This document shows positions 1-9,261 of a stretch of DNA of 64,000 bases, piece after piece. The notes beneath the pieces were generated by a model that was not told where the DNA came from, ran no database searches, and saw nothing but the letters and a program-made list of their open reading frames with translations. Both the position numbers and the translations under genes were made by a program. Within the stretch, counting starts at the first letter, position 1, and each line of letters starts with the position of its first letter. Origin of the DNA: an uncultured Chloroflexia bacterium (GTDB lineage: Bacteria > Chloroflexota > Dehalococcoidia > UBA2247 > RBG-13-53-26); NCBI GenBank assembly GCA_963720375.1, contig CAVRFM010000002.1, positions 66,008 through 130,007 on the forward strand. Direction: 5' to 3'.

Positions 1-141
1 CATCTCCTTCCATAGCTCCGGCACATACCCCTTCTCATCTTCCTCCATCTGCCTCACTAACGTCTTCGGACATTTGCTCGTGAGAAAATCCCGAGCAGAC
101 TTCCATAACATCTCTTGCTCTTCTGTCAACGCTAGATCCAT
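1..141 (-). CDS. acyl-CoA dehydrogenase, N-terminal fragment (gene continues beyond window start)
   Basis: Minus-strand ATG at 141 preceded by AAGGAAAGGGGA RBS. Translation MDLALTEEQEMLWKSARDFLTSKCPKTLVRQMEEDEKGYVPELWKEM matches ACAD N-termini and is paralogous to the ACAD starts at 1416, 2558 and 3779. Confidence 0.65.
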   Translation of the reverse strand, partial: MDLALTEEQEMLWKSARDFLTSKCPKTLVRQMEEDEKGYVPELWKEM

Positions 142-162
142 CTACGTCCCCTTTCCTTCGAT

Positions 163-1416
163 TTACTTCTTAGGTGCCGGCTTGGGCTCTCTGGGCAGTC
201 CCAAGGCACCGGCTGCGGCATTACGAGCCACCTCAGTGGTGCCAGCAGCAATGGTATTGCAGATAGTACTCAGGTATATATGTTTTATCCGGCCGTTGAG
301 CCTAGTCCATTTGTCCTTCACCGGATCCGTCTGTCTCCAGTTGCCTCCGACGGGGCCCAGTTGCCCGTAGAGTCCCATGATCTGCATTCCCACCTGGGCC
401 ACACGCTGGGTGGTAATGCCACCGAGGATCTTCACTTCATTGGCAGTGCTCACCACATTCCCGCCGGTGAGTGCCAGGTGGTTCAGTTTGTAGCCCACGT
501 TGCGAGCTATTTCCTGCTGGATGACCAAATCAGCCAGCTTGTTCCGAATCAACTTGTTCTTAGACAGCGGTACACCATCGACGTCCTTGGTCTCCTTACA
601 GTACTGAATTAAGAGGTCGATGTCTCTCCTGATGTTGATGAGGAGCATAACGCCATAGCTCCTCTCATGGCTGAGGGCAGCCATGACTATTTTCCAGCCA
701 CCATTAATTTCACCAAGCAGGTTCTCTTTGGGAACCTTGGCATTGTCGTAGAACACTTCGTTGAAAGCTCCAAGGCCACTCATCTGAGTAAGCCGTCTCA
801 TGGTGATCCCTGGAGTGTTCTTGTAGTCGACAAGAATTATGCTGATACCCCTGTGCTTAGCAAGATTCATGTCAGTCCGAACATAAACGGGAGCCAAGTC
901 GGCCCTGTGGGCAGCGCTTTGCCAGGTCTTCTGACCATTCAGTATGAAGTAGTCCCCTTGCAAGTCAGCCCTCAATTGGATGTTAGCCAGATCCGAACCT
1001 GCATTCGGCTCGCTCATGCCTGCGGCACCCTTGATCTCCCCACGAACCATCATGGGTAGATATTTCTGCCTTTGTGCTTCAGTGCCAAATTCCAAGATCA
1101 GATCGCCCATGCCTCCGATAAACTGATAGGCATCCAACCCCGGGGCTCCACGATAGGTCATCTCCTCTTCCAGGATGATCTGTTTCCAGAGTGGTTGCTC
1201 ATGGCCCCCGTATTTCTTGGGCCAACTCAGTCCCAGCCACCCCTTGGCCGCCAGCTTCTTCTGCATGGCTAGGCTGACCTCGTGAATCTCGTCAAAGGCA
1301 TCCTCATGGTACATGTCCGGATCCACACCGAGCCAATCCTTCGGCAACTCTTTATCGAGGAATTCCCTTACCTCTTTCCGGAAGGCTTCTTCCTCTGGAG
1401 TAAAGCGAAAGTCCAT
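163..1416 (-). CDS. acyl-CoA dehydrogenase
   Basis: 417 aa. ACAD N-terminal helical domain, middle beta domain and C-terminal helical domain motifs are present, including MDFRFTPEEEAFRKEV, GSDLANI, GQKTW and the C-terminal EIARNVLG motif. Confidence 0.85.
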   Translation of the reverse strand: MDFRFTPEEEAFRKEVREFLDKELPKDWLGVDPDMYHEDAFDEIHEVSLAMQKKLAAKGWLGLSWPKKYGGHEQPLWKQIILEEEMTYRGAPGLDAYQFIGGMGDLILEFGTEAQRQKYLPMMVRGEIKGAAGMSEPNAGSDLANIQLRADLQGDYFILNGQKTWQSAAHRADLAPVYVRTDMNLAKHRGISIILVDYKNTPGITMRRLTQMSGLGAFNEVFYDNAKVPKENLLGEINGGWKIVMAALSHERSYGVMLLINIRRDIDLLIQYCKETKDVDGVPLSKNKLIRNKLADLVIQQEIARNVGYKLNHLALTGGNVVSTANEVKILGGITTQRVAQVGMQIMGLYGQLGPVGGNWRQTDPVKDKWTRLNGRIKHIYLSTICNTIAAGTTEVARNAAAGALGLPREPKPAPKK

Positions 1417-1441
1417 CTAACCCTCCTTTCCTTCTATAAAG

Positions 1442-2558
1442 CTAGAGTCCCAATTCTTTAGCCACTACCTCGCCGTGATAGGCGCTGCCGCCAAAAGCAG
1501 ACTCTCCTACTACAGCCTGTTTGAAGTAGAGGTGCATATCATGATCATGCTGGAAGGCAATAGCGCCGTGTATCTCGTGACCCAGACACGTAATCCGGTG
1601 ACAGGCCTGACCCACCAATGCCTTCGCTAGTGACACCTCCATGGCACACGGCAGGCCTTCGCTAACCATCCAGGCTGCCCGCCGGGTCATGCAGCGGCAT
1701 CCATCAAGATCGTTCAACATATTGGCGCAATGATGCTGGATAGCCTGATAGGAGCCGATGGCTTTCCCAAATGCTATCCTGTCCTTGGCATACTGCACGC
1801 TCATCTCCAGAACCTGCTCTGCGCCACCCAGCATCTCGGAGCACTTGGCCGCGGCGGCTCTTTGCATTACCTTGTCCAAGTATTCCGTACCACGGTTCAC
1901 GCCGCCCAGGATGTCAGCTTTGGTCAGCTTGACTCCGTTGAATTTAACTTCGCACTGTCTCTCACCGGCCATCGCCGGCAGCAAATCGCAGTGCACCCCC
2001 TGGCTCTTGGCATCGACGAGGAACAGTGTCACACCGCCCTTCGTCTTCGCCGCCACGATTATGTAGTCAGCCACATGTGCATCGGTCGACAAACAGCTTG
2101 GTGCCACTGATAGTATAGTGGTGGCCCACGTGCTTGGCCTCCACCTCAAAGAAGTCGCTCCGGTAGATGGCATGAGGCTCGGCAATGGCCATCGTCAGGA
2201 CGAGTTCCCCCTTTGCCACCTTCGGCAGTATCGCCTTCTTCTGCTCTTCACTGCCGAGATCCAGGACAGTCAGTGCGCCCAGAACCACAGTGGAGAAGAA
2301 AGGCCCCGGCAAGCAAGCTCGCCCCATCTCCTCCAGCAGGATGGTGAGGTCGAGAAAGCTGGCGTCTGATCCGCCGTACTGCTCCGGCAGAACCAACCCT
2401 GTCCAGCCCAGCTCTGCCATCTTCTTCCACAACTCCGGGGGATAGCCTTTCGGATCATGAGCCAAGTCTTTTACCAGGGTTTTGGGCAACTCAGTCTTAA
2501 AGAAATCCCTGGCGGTCTTCTTGAGCATTTGTTGCTGTTCGCTAAGGCCAAAGTCCAT
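1442..2558 (-). pseudogene. acyl-CoA dehydrogenase disrupted by a +1 frameshift near 2067-2100 (or sequencing indel)
   Basis: The N-terminal ORF 2067..2558 ends ...ISGTKLFVDRCTCG*. The C-terminal ORF 1442..2185 resumes the ACAD fold at STDAHVADYIIVAAKTK in another frame. Removing one g in gtcgaccga restores LFVTDAHVADY. Confidence 0.7.
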
Positions 2559-2591
2559 TTCGTACTCCTTCTTTCCACAACTGAACTGGGA

Positions 2592-3779
2592 TTACTTCCT
2601 GGGCAATCCCAGCCCTGCGGTGGCCACGGTGTTTCTGGCAATCTCCGAAGTGCCGCCGGCCAGGCTGTCACCAGCGGTCCAGAGGTACCACCGCCGCATG
2701 TTCTTCCTGAGAGTTGCCCACTTGTCGGCGTCGCCCAGGTAGGCGTAGGGCCCCAGTATCTGCATGCCCCTGTCGAAGAAGCGCAGGCCCATCTCATCCG
2801 CCAGCACCTTGGCCGCCGACGCTTCGTAAGTAAGAGGCATTCCCTTGTCCATCTTCCAGCCGATGCTCCAGAGCACCTGCCGGCAAGCCTCGATTTCGAT
2901 GGCACTTTCAACAAGCTTGGCTCTGACGCTGGGATCCTGAGAAAGAAGCACGCCATCCCGCCTCGTTTCCTTCACGTACTGCACCAGATCATGCGTGATC
3001 CTCTGGCAGAACCGCGGCTTAGGGAAGCGGGCCCAGAACCGGTCAAACTCCAGGGTTTTGTTGAGATGAAGGACAGCCTGGTTCTTCTGACCCAGGAGGA
3101 ATTTCTTTGGTACGCGCACATTGTCCATGAAGACTTCAGTGTGGAAATAGTCTCCTAACATACTGGTCATCGGCTTCACCGTGACGCCCGGAAGCTTCTT
3201 GTCCAGGAGAAGGACGCTGATGGAAGCCCACTTCGGCGTCTTCGGGTCAGTCTCCGTCCGGGCAAAAAGGAATCCATAATCAGACACGTGGGCCAGAGAG
3301 CTCCACACTTTCTGGCCGTTCACCAGGAAGCAGTCCTCCTGCTCAATGGCCGTGGTCCGCAGGGCGAGAAGGTCAGAGCCGGCATCCGGTTCGCTCATGG
3401 CCAGCCAGAGGATGGTCTCGCCTTTCGCGATGCCTGGCAAGAACTCCTGCTTCAACTCCTCGCTGCCCATCTCGAGGATCATATTGGCCATGGACCAGCA
3501 TATGGCGCCCGCCGCCCAAGGGACTCTGGCATAGGCCAGTTCCTCAAACAGCATCATCAGGTCTATATTGGGCCGCCCTGAGCCGCCATATTTCTTCGGC
3601 CAAGTCAGGGATATCCAGCCCTTCTGACCAAGAAGGCGAACAAATTCGTAGGAGAACGCACCATGTCCCCATGAGTCTTCGCCCGACTGTGTGGGGAACT
3701 TCTCGGGGGGGGTATCTTTCAGGAAATCCTGTATTTCTCGACGCCACGCCTCTTGCTCGGCAGTGAAACCAAATTCCAT
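2592..3779 (-). CDS. acyl-CoA dehydrogenase
   Basis: 395 aa with ACAD domain order, including MEFGFTAEQEAWRREIQDF, SEPDAGSDL, NGQKVW and the C-terminal TSEIARN motif. Confidence 0.85.
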   Translation of the reverse strand: MEFGFTAEQEAWRREIQDFLKDTPPEKFPTQSGEDSWGHGAFSYEFVRLLGQKGWISLTWPKKYGGSGRPNIDLMMLFEELAYARVPWAAGAICWSMANMILEMGSEELKQEFLPGIAKGETILWLAMSEPDAGSDLLALRTTAIEQEDCFLVNGQKVWSSLAHVSDYGFLFARTETDPKTPKWASISVLLLDKKLPGVTVKPMTSMLGDYFHTEVFMDNVRVPKKFLLGQKNQAVLHLNKTLEFDRFWARFPKPRFCQRITHDLVQYVKETRRDGVLLSQDPSVRAKLVESAIEIEACRQVLWSIGWKMDKGMPLTYEASAAKVLADEMGLRFFDRGMQILGPYAYLGDADKWATLRKNMRRWYLWTAGDSLAGGTSEIARNTVATAGLGLPRK

Positions 3780-3967
3780 GTAGCCTCCTTAGGGGACTCT
3801 GCCCGTCAGATCAAGACTATCCAAGACAGCCACACTGGCTGATTTGACCGAACCACAGGGCAGACCTGAAATCTGCCCAAACACCCCACCGCAGTATGAA
3901 CTTACCCTGTGTGGGGGCAGTTATTACTGCCCCCACACTAGCGAATCTCACTAATCAGCGTGTCGTG

Positions 3968-5155
3968 CTAGTTAGCGCCTGGGCCAATCAGGGTGACGGA
4001 CGCCTGGAACATGCCTGGCGTGCCGCCCTGAGAGTGGGCCAAACCAATCTTCGGGTTCTTCAGTTGGCGCTTGTCTGCTCTCCCCAGCTGCTGGTTGTAC
4101 AGTTCGTAGACCATGCGGAGTCCGCTGGCACCAACCGGGTGACCAAAGGACTTCAAGCCGCCATCGGTGTTGACCGGCAGATCACCCGTCAGGGTGAAGG
4201 AGTCCTTCGCAACCTCTTCAGGACCCTTGCCGCGAGGGCAGAAGCCGAGGGACTCATATATGATGAGCTCAGTGATGGTGAAGCAGTCGTGGACCTCAGC
4301 CGAACCGATCTCCTTGCGCGGGTCCTTGATTCCGGCCTGCTGATAGGCCTGCTGCGCCGCTACCCAGGTCTCATCCCAGAAGGTGATGTCGACGTCGGAG
4401 CGGAACTTGCCCTTGAACGGGTCAATGCGTCCGACCGACAAGCCAAGACCCTTGATCAATACGTGGGGTTTCTTCGTGGCCTTGGCTGTCTCTGCGCTGG
4501 TGATGATGGCGCAAGCACCGCCGTCGGTCACCGGACAGCAGTCGAACAAGCCCAGAGGCCAGGCAATCATGGGGGCATTCATAGCCGTCTCCAGGGTGAT
4601 GGCCCTCTTGAAGTGGGCCTTCGGGTGAAGAGCGCCATTGGCGTGGTTCTTCACCGCGATCTTGGCCAGGATCTCCTTGCCCGTGTTGAAGGGGATCTTG
4701 TATTTCTCGAAGTACTGCACGGCCGATTTGGCGAATGAGCCAGGCGCCGAGCCCACCACCGAGATGGGGTGCATCGACCCCGGCATTTCCAGAGCGCCGC
4801 TGCCGTAGTCCTTCAGCTTCTCGAAACCGACGCAGAGGACGGTGTCATACATGCCGGCGGCGATAGAGAACGCGCCGACCCTAAGTGCTTCGGCTCCGCT
4901 GGCACAGTTGTTCTCCAACCTAGTGGCGGGTATCCTGTCGAGCTGAAGCGCCTCGGTCACAGTAGCCCCGGTCCACATGCTGGAGGAGACATTCCCCACG
5001 AATACCGCCTGGATGTCCTTGGGGCCCACTTTGGCATCCTCGTACGCCTCATAGGCAGAGTTGATGATCAAATCGGGCACACCCATTTTCCAGAGGTCAC
5101 CAAAGGGGGTGCAACCCATTCCAATGATGGCAACTTTATCTTTTATCGTACCCAT
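3968..5155 (-). CDS. thiolase-like protein (SCP-x / lipid-transfer-protein type, probable DUF35 partner)
   Basis: Thiolase fold with MGTIKDKVAIIGMGCTPFG, an active-site Cys region and a C-terminal GGLKSFGHPVGASG motif. The likely start is the ATG at 5155, which has an AAGGAG RBS. The longer ORF to 5209 overlaps the upstream gene. Confidence 0.8.
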   Translation of the reverse strand: MGTIKDKVAIIGMGCTPFGDLWKMGVPDLIINSAYEAYEDAKVGPKDIQAVFVGNVSSSMWTGATVTEALQLDRIPATRLENNCASGAEALRVGAFSIAAGMYDTVLCVGFEKLKDYGSGALEMPGSMHPISVVGSAPGSFAKSAVQYFEKYKIPFNTGKEILAKIAVKNHANGALHPKAHFKRAITLETAMNAPMIAWPLGLFDCCPVTDGGACAIITSAETAKATKKPHVLIKGLGLSVGRIDPFKGKFRSDVDITFWDETWVAAQQAYQQAGIKDPRKEIGSAEVHDCFTITELIIYESLGFCPRGKGPEEVAKDSFTLTGDLPVNTDGGLKSFGHPVGASGLRMVYELYNQQLGRADKRQLKNPKIGLAHSQGGTPGMFQASVTLIGPGAN

Positions 5156-5168
5156 TTCTTTCTCCTTC

Positions 5169-6590
5169 TTATCGCACTGGCTTACACTTCCAAGCGTAGG
5201 CAGCGACATCTCCCTGCCTCTCCAGCCTTCTGAAGGTCATCTCCATGGGCTGACCGACCTTCAGGTTTTCGATGTTGCCGAAGTCCGTCATTTCGAGCTC
5301 CAACCTCGCGCCGCTCTCGAAGTCAATGATGGCCCTGCCCTGCGGCGGGTCGGTGACCTCAGGAATGGTGGGGATGGTGTCCGTGCTGAAGCTGTAGAGC
5401 TTAACCTGGCTACCCAGAAGCTTGACCTGCTCGAAGTTGTCCTTGGAGTAGCACTTCGGGCAGATTCGGCGAATCGGGAACTCCAGCCAGCCGCACTGTT
5501 TGCACTTGCTGGCATGCAGCTTGTACATGGAATCCCGCTCTCTCCACAACTGCGCCAGACCGGGAGTGATCGCGGTCATCCTTGACGGTTCCATATAGAA
5601 GAGGTGGCGCAGCCTCAGATACTTCGTGTAGCTGGGCAGCATCTTCTTCGACTTCAGATAGCCCAGTACGCCATGCTTGTCCTTGGCCTTCGCAATCGCA
5701 TCCGTTACCTTGAGGAGCATCACGTCGACGCCATCGCCCCAGGCCGCCACCAGTATGGTGTCGCCGGGCTTCGCCTGCTCCAGGGCCGCCACCAGCAGCA
5801 TCAGCGAGTGAGCCGTGCCGGTGTTGCCCATGATGCCGAACAGACCATCCTGCACCTGGGTCTTGGGGTCGAACTTCAGGGCGGTGGCTATGCCCCCGTG
5901 CGTCCTGGCATCCGGCCCGCTATAGACGAGCTTGGAGATGCCCTTAGCGTCCACTCCAAACTTCTTCATGGCAGCGGTGATTGCCGCCTGCATCATGGGC
6001 GTGTAGCCTTCCGGACCTGTGAACCGGTCGTTCCAAACATGGACGAACCGGTCAGTGTTCGGTCTCCACGTGTCAGTGAAATCGGTGGAGAATGAGTAGA
6101 AGCCCTCAATGGTGGCGATGACATCCTTGTCTCCCAGCAGGAGAGCGGCAGCGCCGTCGCCCGAATTTGATTCCGCTGCCGACAGGGGAGAGCCGAGACG
6201 GCAGTCAGAGGCCGAGACCAGCATCTTCTTGGCTGAGCCAGCCTTCACACTGTCCGCGGCCATCCTCACGGCCGTGAGGCCGGCCCGGAGTGAGTTGCCG
6301 ATGTCCGCGGTGACAATATTGTCACCGAAGTCGAGAGCTGCTGCAACCGCTGCAGCGGTTTGCTTCTCAGCAAACGGCGCTGACGTCGAGGCGTTGAGCA
6401 ATCCATCGATCGATGCATGATCCTTTCCCTTCGTGCAATCGAGGATGGCATCAACCGCCATAGTCAGAGCGTCTTCGTCAGCACCGGCTACGGATCGCTC
6501 TCCGGCGCCCCCCTTGCCCTCCAGAACCATTATTTCACGGGCCAATCTGTAAAGGGGTACATACGCGCCATAGGAACAGATACCTACCAT
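5169..6590 (-). CDS. HMG-CoA synthase-like domain fused to a C-terminal DUF35 (Zn-ribbon + OB-fold) domain
   Basis: The N-terminal ~340 aa has a condensing-enzyme / HMGCS-like fold. The C-terminus CKQCGWLEFPIRRICPKCYS plus an OB-fold region is typical of DUF35 scaffold proteins that pair with SCP-x thiolases. It sits immediately upstream of the thiolase gene. Confidence 0.7.
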   Translation of the reverse strand: MVGICSYGAYVPLYRLAREIMVLEGKGGAGERSVAGADEDALTMAVDAILDCTKGKDHASIDGLLNASTSAPFAEKQTAAAVAAALDFGDNIVTADIGNSLRAGLTAVRMAADSVKAGSAKKMLVSASDCRLGSPLSAAESNSGDGAAALLLGDKDVIATIEGFYSFSTDFTDTWRPNTDRFVHVWNDRFTGPEGYTPMMQAAITAAMKKFGVDAKGISKLVYSGPDARTHGGIATALKFDPKTQVQDGLFGIMGNTGTAHSLMLLVAALEQAKPGDTILVAAWGDGVDVMLLKVTDAIAKAKDKHGVLGYLKSKKMLPSYTKYLRLRHLFYMEPSRMTAITPGLAQLWRERDSMYKLHASKCKQCGWLEFPIRRICPKCYSKDNFEQVKLLGSQVKLYSFSTDTIPTIPEVTDPPQGRAIIDFESGARLELEMTDFGNIENLKVGQPMEMTFRRLERQGDVAAYAWKCKPVR

Positions 6591-7023
6591 TTTCCCTCCT
6601 TAGTCTTCCTTAGTTATATATATCTCTATCCCGATCTGCCATTGAAGCATCACACCAACTGGTGACTGGCAGTTATTGCCTCTCTACGTTAAGTGCTCTG
6701 TCTACCAACAGAATCCGATATTCTGACTTCCTGGAGAATCCATGGATCATGTAAATAAGATATGCCTTGCTTCCAGGTATGTGGTAGGATGTCCGCAATG
6801 CGGTCTGGAATCAAGACTTGGAAACTGGTGATCTTCGTTAGTTACCGTGGGGTACAGGGGAGTAACCTCAATTTGTACTGACTTTAGTCGCCAATCCACA
6901 AGATTTAATTATACCGTTTCAAAGTAACCATGTAAAACCCAACCTCCAAAACTCCACCCAACCGTCCGTCCGGGAAATAATTTGCCGGGTTCACGCAATC
7001 AGCGACCAAGGCAGATGATGCTA

Positions 7024-7782
7024 TCAGTCATCATCAGGCTCAGACTCTGCTCCAACTTGGGGCAATAGCGGACCGCTTTCTTTGCGCTTCTTTATTCTCT
7101 TGGGCAAATTTCCGATGCCCTGGGATTGCCTGGCCAGAACCTCCTGCCATTTGTCACCACCTACCTCAATAACCACCCCGATAACCCCCACCTCCCACAA
7201 GGCCCGGAGTTCCCCATCTGTCAGCTCCTTATGAGGGGCTACAAGCAAAGGCTTATCTACCAATCCGGCAAGCCACTGGCAATACATCAAGTCAGAAATC
7301 GTCAGTGAAACTCCATCATTCTTCACATCAATGATCACCGCATCCACAGGCAAATCGCCCACGGCGCCCACCAAGTCCTTATCCTGAGAAAGGCTCACCT
7401 TTAGCACCTTGGCCAGTTCTTCTTCCTCAAGCAATACTGCCGGGGCCGACGGAGAATCCAGGATGAAGAAATCCCCCCCAGCCTCCCTCAATTGCTTCAG
7501 ACCCACAGAATCCATAGTTCCCACCCACACCACCCCCCAGGGAACATCACCCATGCCGCTGGCAATCTGACGCAGGGCTTCCCCACCTCGCACATCCTTG
7601 CCATGCACTAACACAGCATCAACTTCAGCCATATCGATCTGCGTGACTAGACCACTCTTACCTCCAGGCAGGGAAGCTATAAGAAGCATCTGCCTGCCAT
7701 GCCGCGAGGTAGACGACCTGAAGCCCATAGGGGTGAATTGGCTTTCACAAACCTGGCGTAGTTTTTTTTCTAGTTTACTCAT
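7024..7782 (-). CDS. hypothetical protein (alternating beta/alpha pattern, possible TIM-barrel)
   Basis: 252-aa ORF with coding-like composition and no recognised motif. It has repeated hydrophobic-D motifs (DAVLVHG, DFFILD, DAVIIDV) and an acidic C-terminal tail. Confidence 0.45.
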   Translation of the reverse strand: MSKLEKKLRQVCESQFTPMGFRSSTSRHGRQMLLIASLPGGKSGLVTQIDMAEVDAVLVHGKDVRGGEALRQIASGMGDVPWGVVWVGTMDSVGLKQLREAGGDFFILDSPSAPAVLLEEEELAKVLKVSLSQDKDLVGAVGDLPVDAVIIDVKNDGVSLTISDLMYCQWLAGLVDKPLLVAPHKELTDGELRALWEVGVIGVVIEVGGDKWQEVLARQSQGIGNLPKRIKKRKESGPLLPQVGAESEPDDD

Positions 7783-7953
7783 CTTTCACCTGCAGGTTGC
7801 CATCTTACTCAAATGCCGCCTTCAGCGGTTGACAAAACCGACCACCGATGAAAATCCAAAAGTGTTGCCCAAACCCACTAGACATTCTACAAGACCCGTC
7901 TGGTTTCCTCAAAATACCCCACACACCCACCTCCAGGCCATCACCATCCCTTT

Positions 7954-8175
7954 TCATCTCCACCAGCATCCCCCCCGCCTCCAGCTACCCCCTCTGCTGA
8001 CAGCCGCGGCCAGTGGAGCCACAACAAGCCATACTGCTATTGTAATCAGCATGGCCATGGGATAGCTTATGGTTGGTGCATCAAACTTAGGGGCAATTAT
8101 GCCCCAGAAGATCATAGTCAGCCAGGCGCTGAAGAAGAAGAAAACACCTGCAGCCGGAATAGCAAAGAAACCCAT
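7954..8175 (-). CDS. small hydrophobic membrane protein (2 predicted TM helices)
   Basis: 73 aa with two long hydrophobic stretches. No homology recognised. Confidence 0.3.
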   Translation of the reverse strand: MGFFAIPAAGVFFFFSAWLTMIFWGIIAPKFDAPTISYPMAMLITIAVWLVVAPLAAAVSRGGSWRRGGCWWR

Positions 8176-8490
8176 GACACACCTCCCTCCTATATTATGT
8201 CAAGTAACTACAGTTGATTCTTAATCCGGGGCCGAATAATGAACCATAAACGTGAGAGGCCTCCGCGATATTATAACACGCTCACTCTGCTCCAAAACAG
8301 CATTGAGGCATCGAACCCCCTTGACTTGTTGCCAAAAATTTGGACTTCGCAGTATAATTCCAAAACAGTGGTTCTAAATCTAGGTTCCCAAAGCTGCGAC
8401 TCCAACCAGGTTGTCCACAGCCTAAGGGTGACCCAGTTTTAGCCAAATCTTCAAAAGAAAGGAGGTCATCCAATAGGCTCGGACAAGACG

Positions 8491-8781
8491 TTGAAATGTT
8501 CCGACTGTGGGGCTGATTTCACCTTCACCGCCAAGGAACAGGAAACCTTTGCATCCAGAGGTTACACCAACGAGCCCAAGAGGTGTCCGCCCTGTCGAGA
8601 GACAAGAAGGGCATCCCGCGAGGGCTCAGGCGAAGGTGCCAGGCCCCGGCGCCAGATGTTTCCAGCCGTATGTGCCCAGTGTGGCACGGAAACTCAGGTG
8701 CCGTTCCAACCGAGAGGCGATAGGCCAGTCTATTGCAGCGATTGCTACAACAAGATGCGGCCAGCAGGCAGCCAGCGGTAG
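8491..8781 (+). CDS. double zinc-ribbon protein (two CxxC...CxxC pairs)
   Basis: 96 aa containing CSDCG...CPPC and CAQCG...CSDC. The start is apparently TTG 8491; there is no in-frame ATG after the upstream stop at 8440. AAGGAGG lies at 8456-8462. A strong terminator follows. Confidence 0.55.
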   Translation: MKCSDCGADFTFTAKEQETFASRGYTNEPKRCPPCRETRRASREGSGEGARPRRQMFPAVCAQCGTETQVPFQPRGDRPVYCSDCYNKMRPAGSQR

Positions 8782-8809
8782 AACCTGATCGGCACTAAGA
8801 AAACCAAAA

Positions 8810-8838
8810 GGGGCCAGAATCTCTTCTGGCCCCTTTTT
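8810..8838. terminator. rho-independent terminator, apparently bidirectional
   Basis: GGGGCCAGA-atctct-TCTGGCCCC forms a perfect 9-bp stem and is followed by TTTTTGA. On the opposite strand it is followed by TTTTGGTTTTCTT. Confidence 0.7.
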
Positions 8839-9261
8839 GAATTGATCTTCAAGGGTGACACCCTGACTCAGAGAAACGCCTGCCAGGCTAGCAGGTGGGG
8901 CTCGGTGCTCGACTTCAGATAAATCCCCTAAAGCTCTTTCCGCAGTATCTTCTCTCTCAGAATCTCCCACTGTTCCAGTGTCAGTACACAGGTATTCTCT
9001 GCCTCTCCTATCTCGACCTGCTTCTCCGTTACCTTGACTGCCGGACAACATGAGCCCGAATTACATAGCTTTACGATCTTCATACTTTTTCCGATTCTCC
9101 TTCCTCTTTCCCTATCAGTTAAATCACCGCTTGCCCCACCTGCAATTTAGTTGATTTTAGACGGACACATTTCCCTCTGTATGCGACTTTTGTCTCTAAT
9201 AAGAGCAGCACCACCCAAGGCGACCATAAATCCGCTGCGTCAATGCAACCCCTCTCATCCC

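Noticed and set aside
8626-9051. 141-aa minus-strand ORF
   Set aside because: It overlaps the zinc-ribbon gene and runs through the bidirectional terminator. It has no homology. Likely a GC-rich spurious frame.
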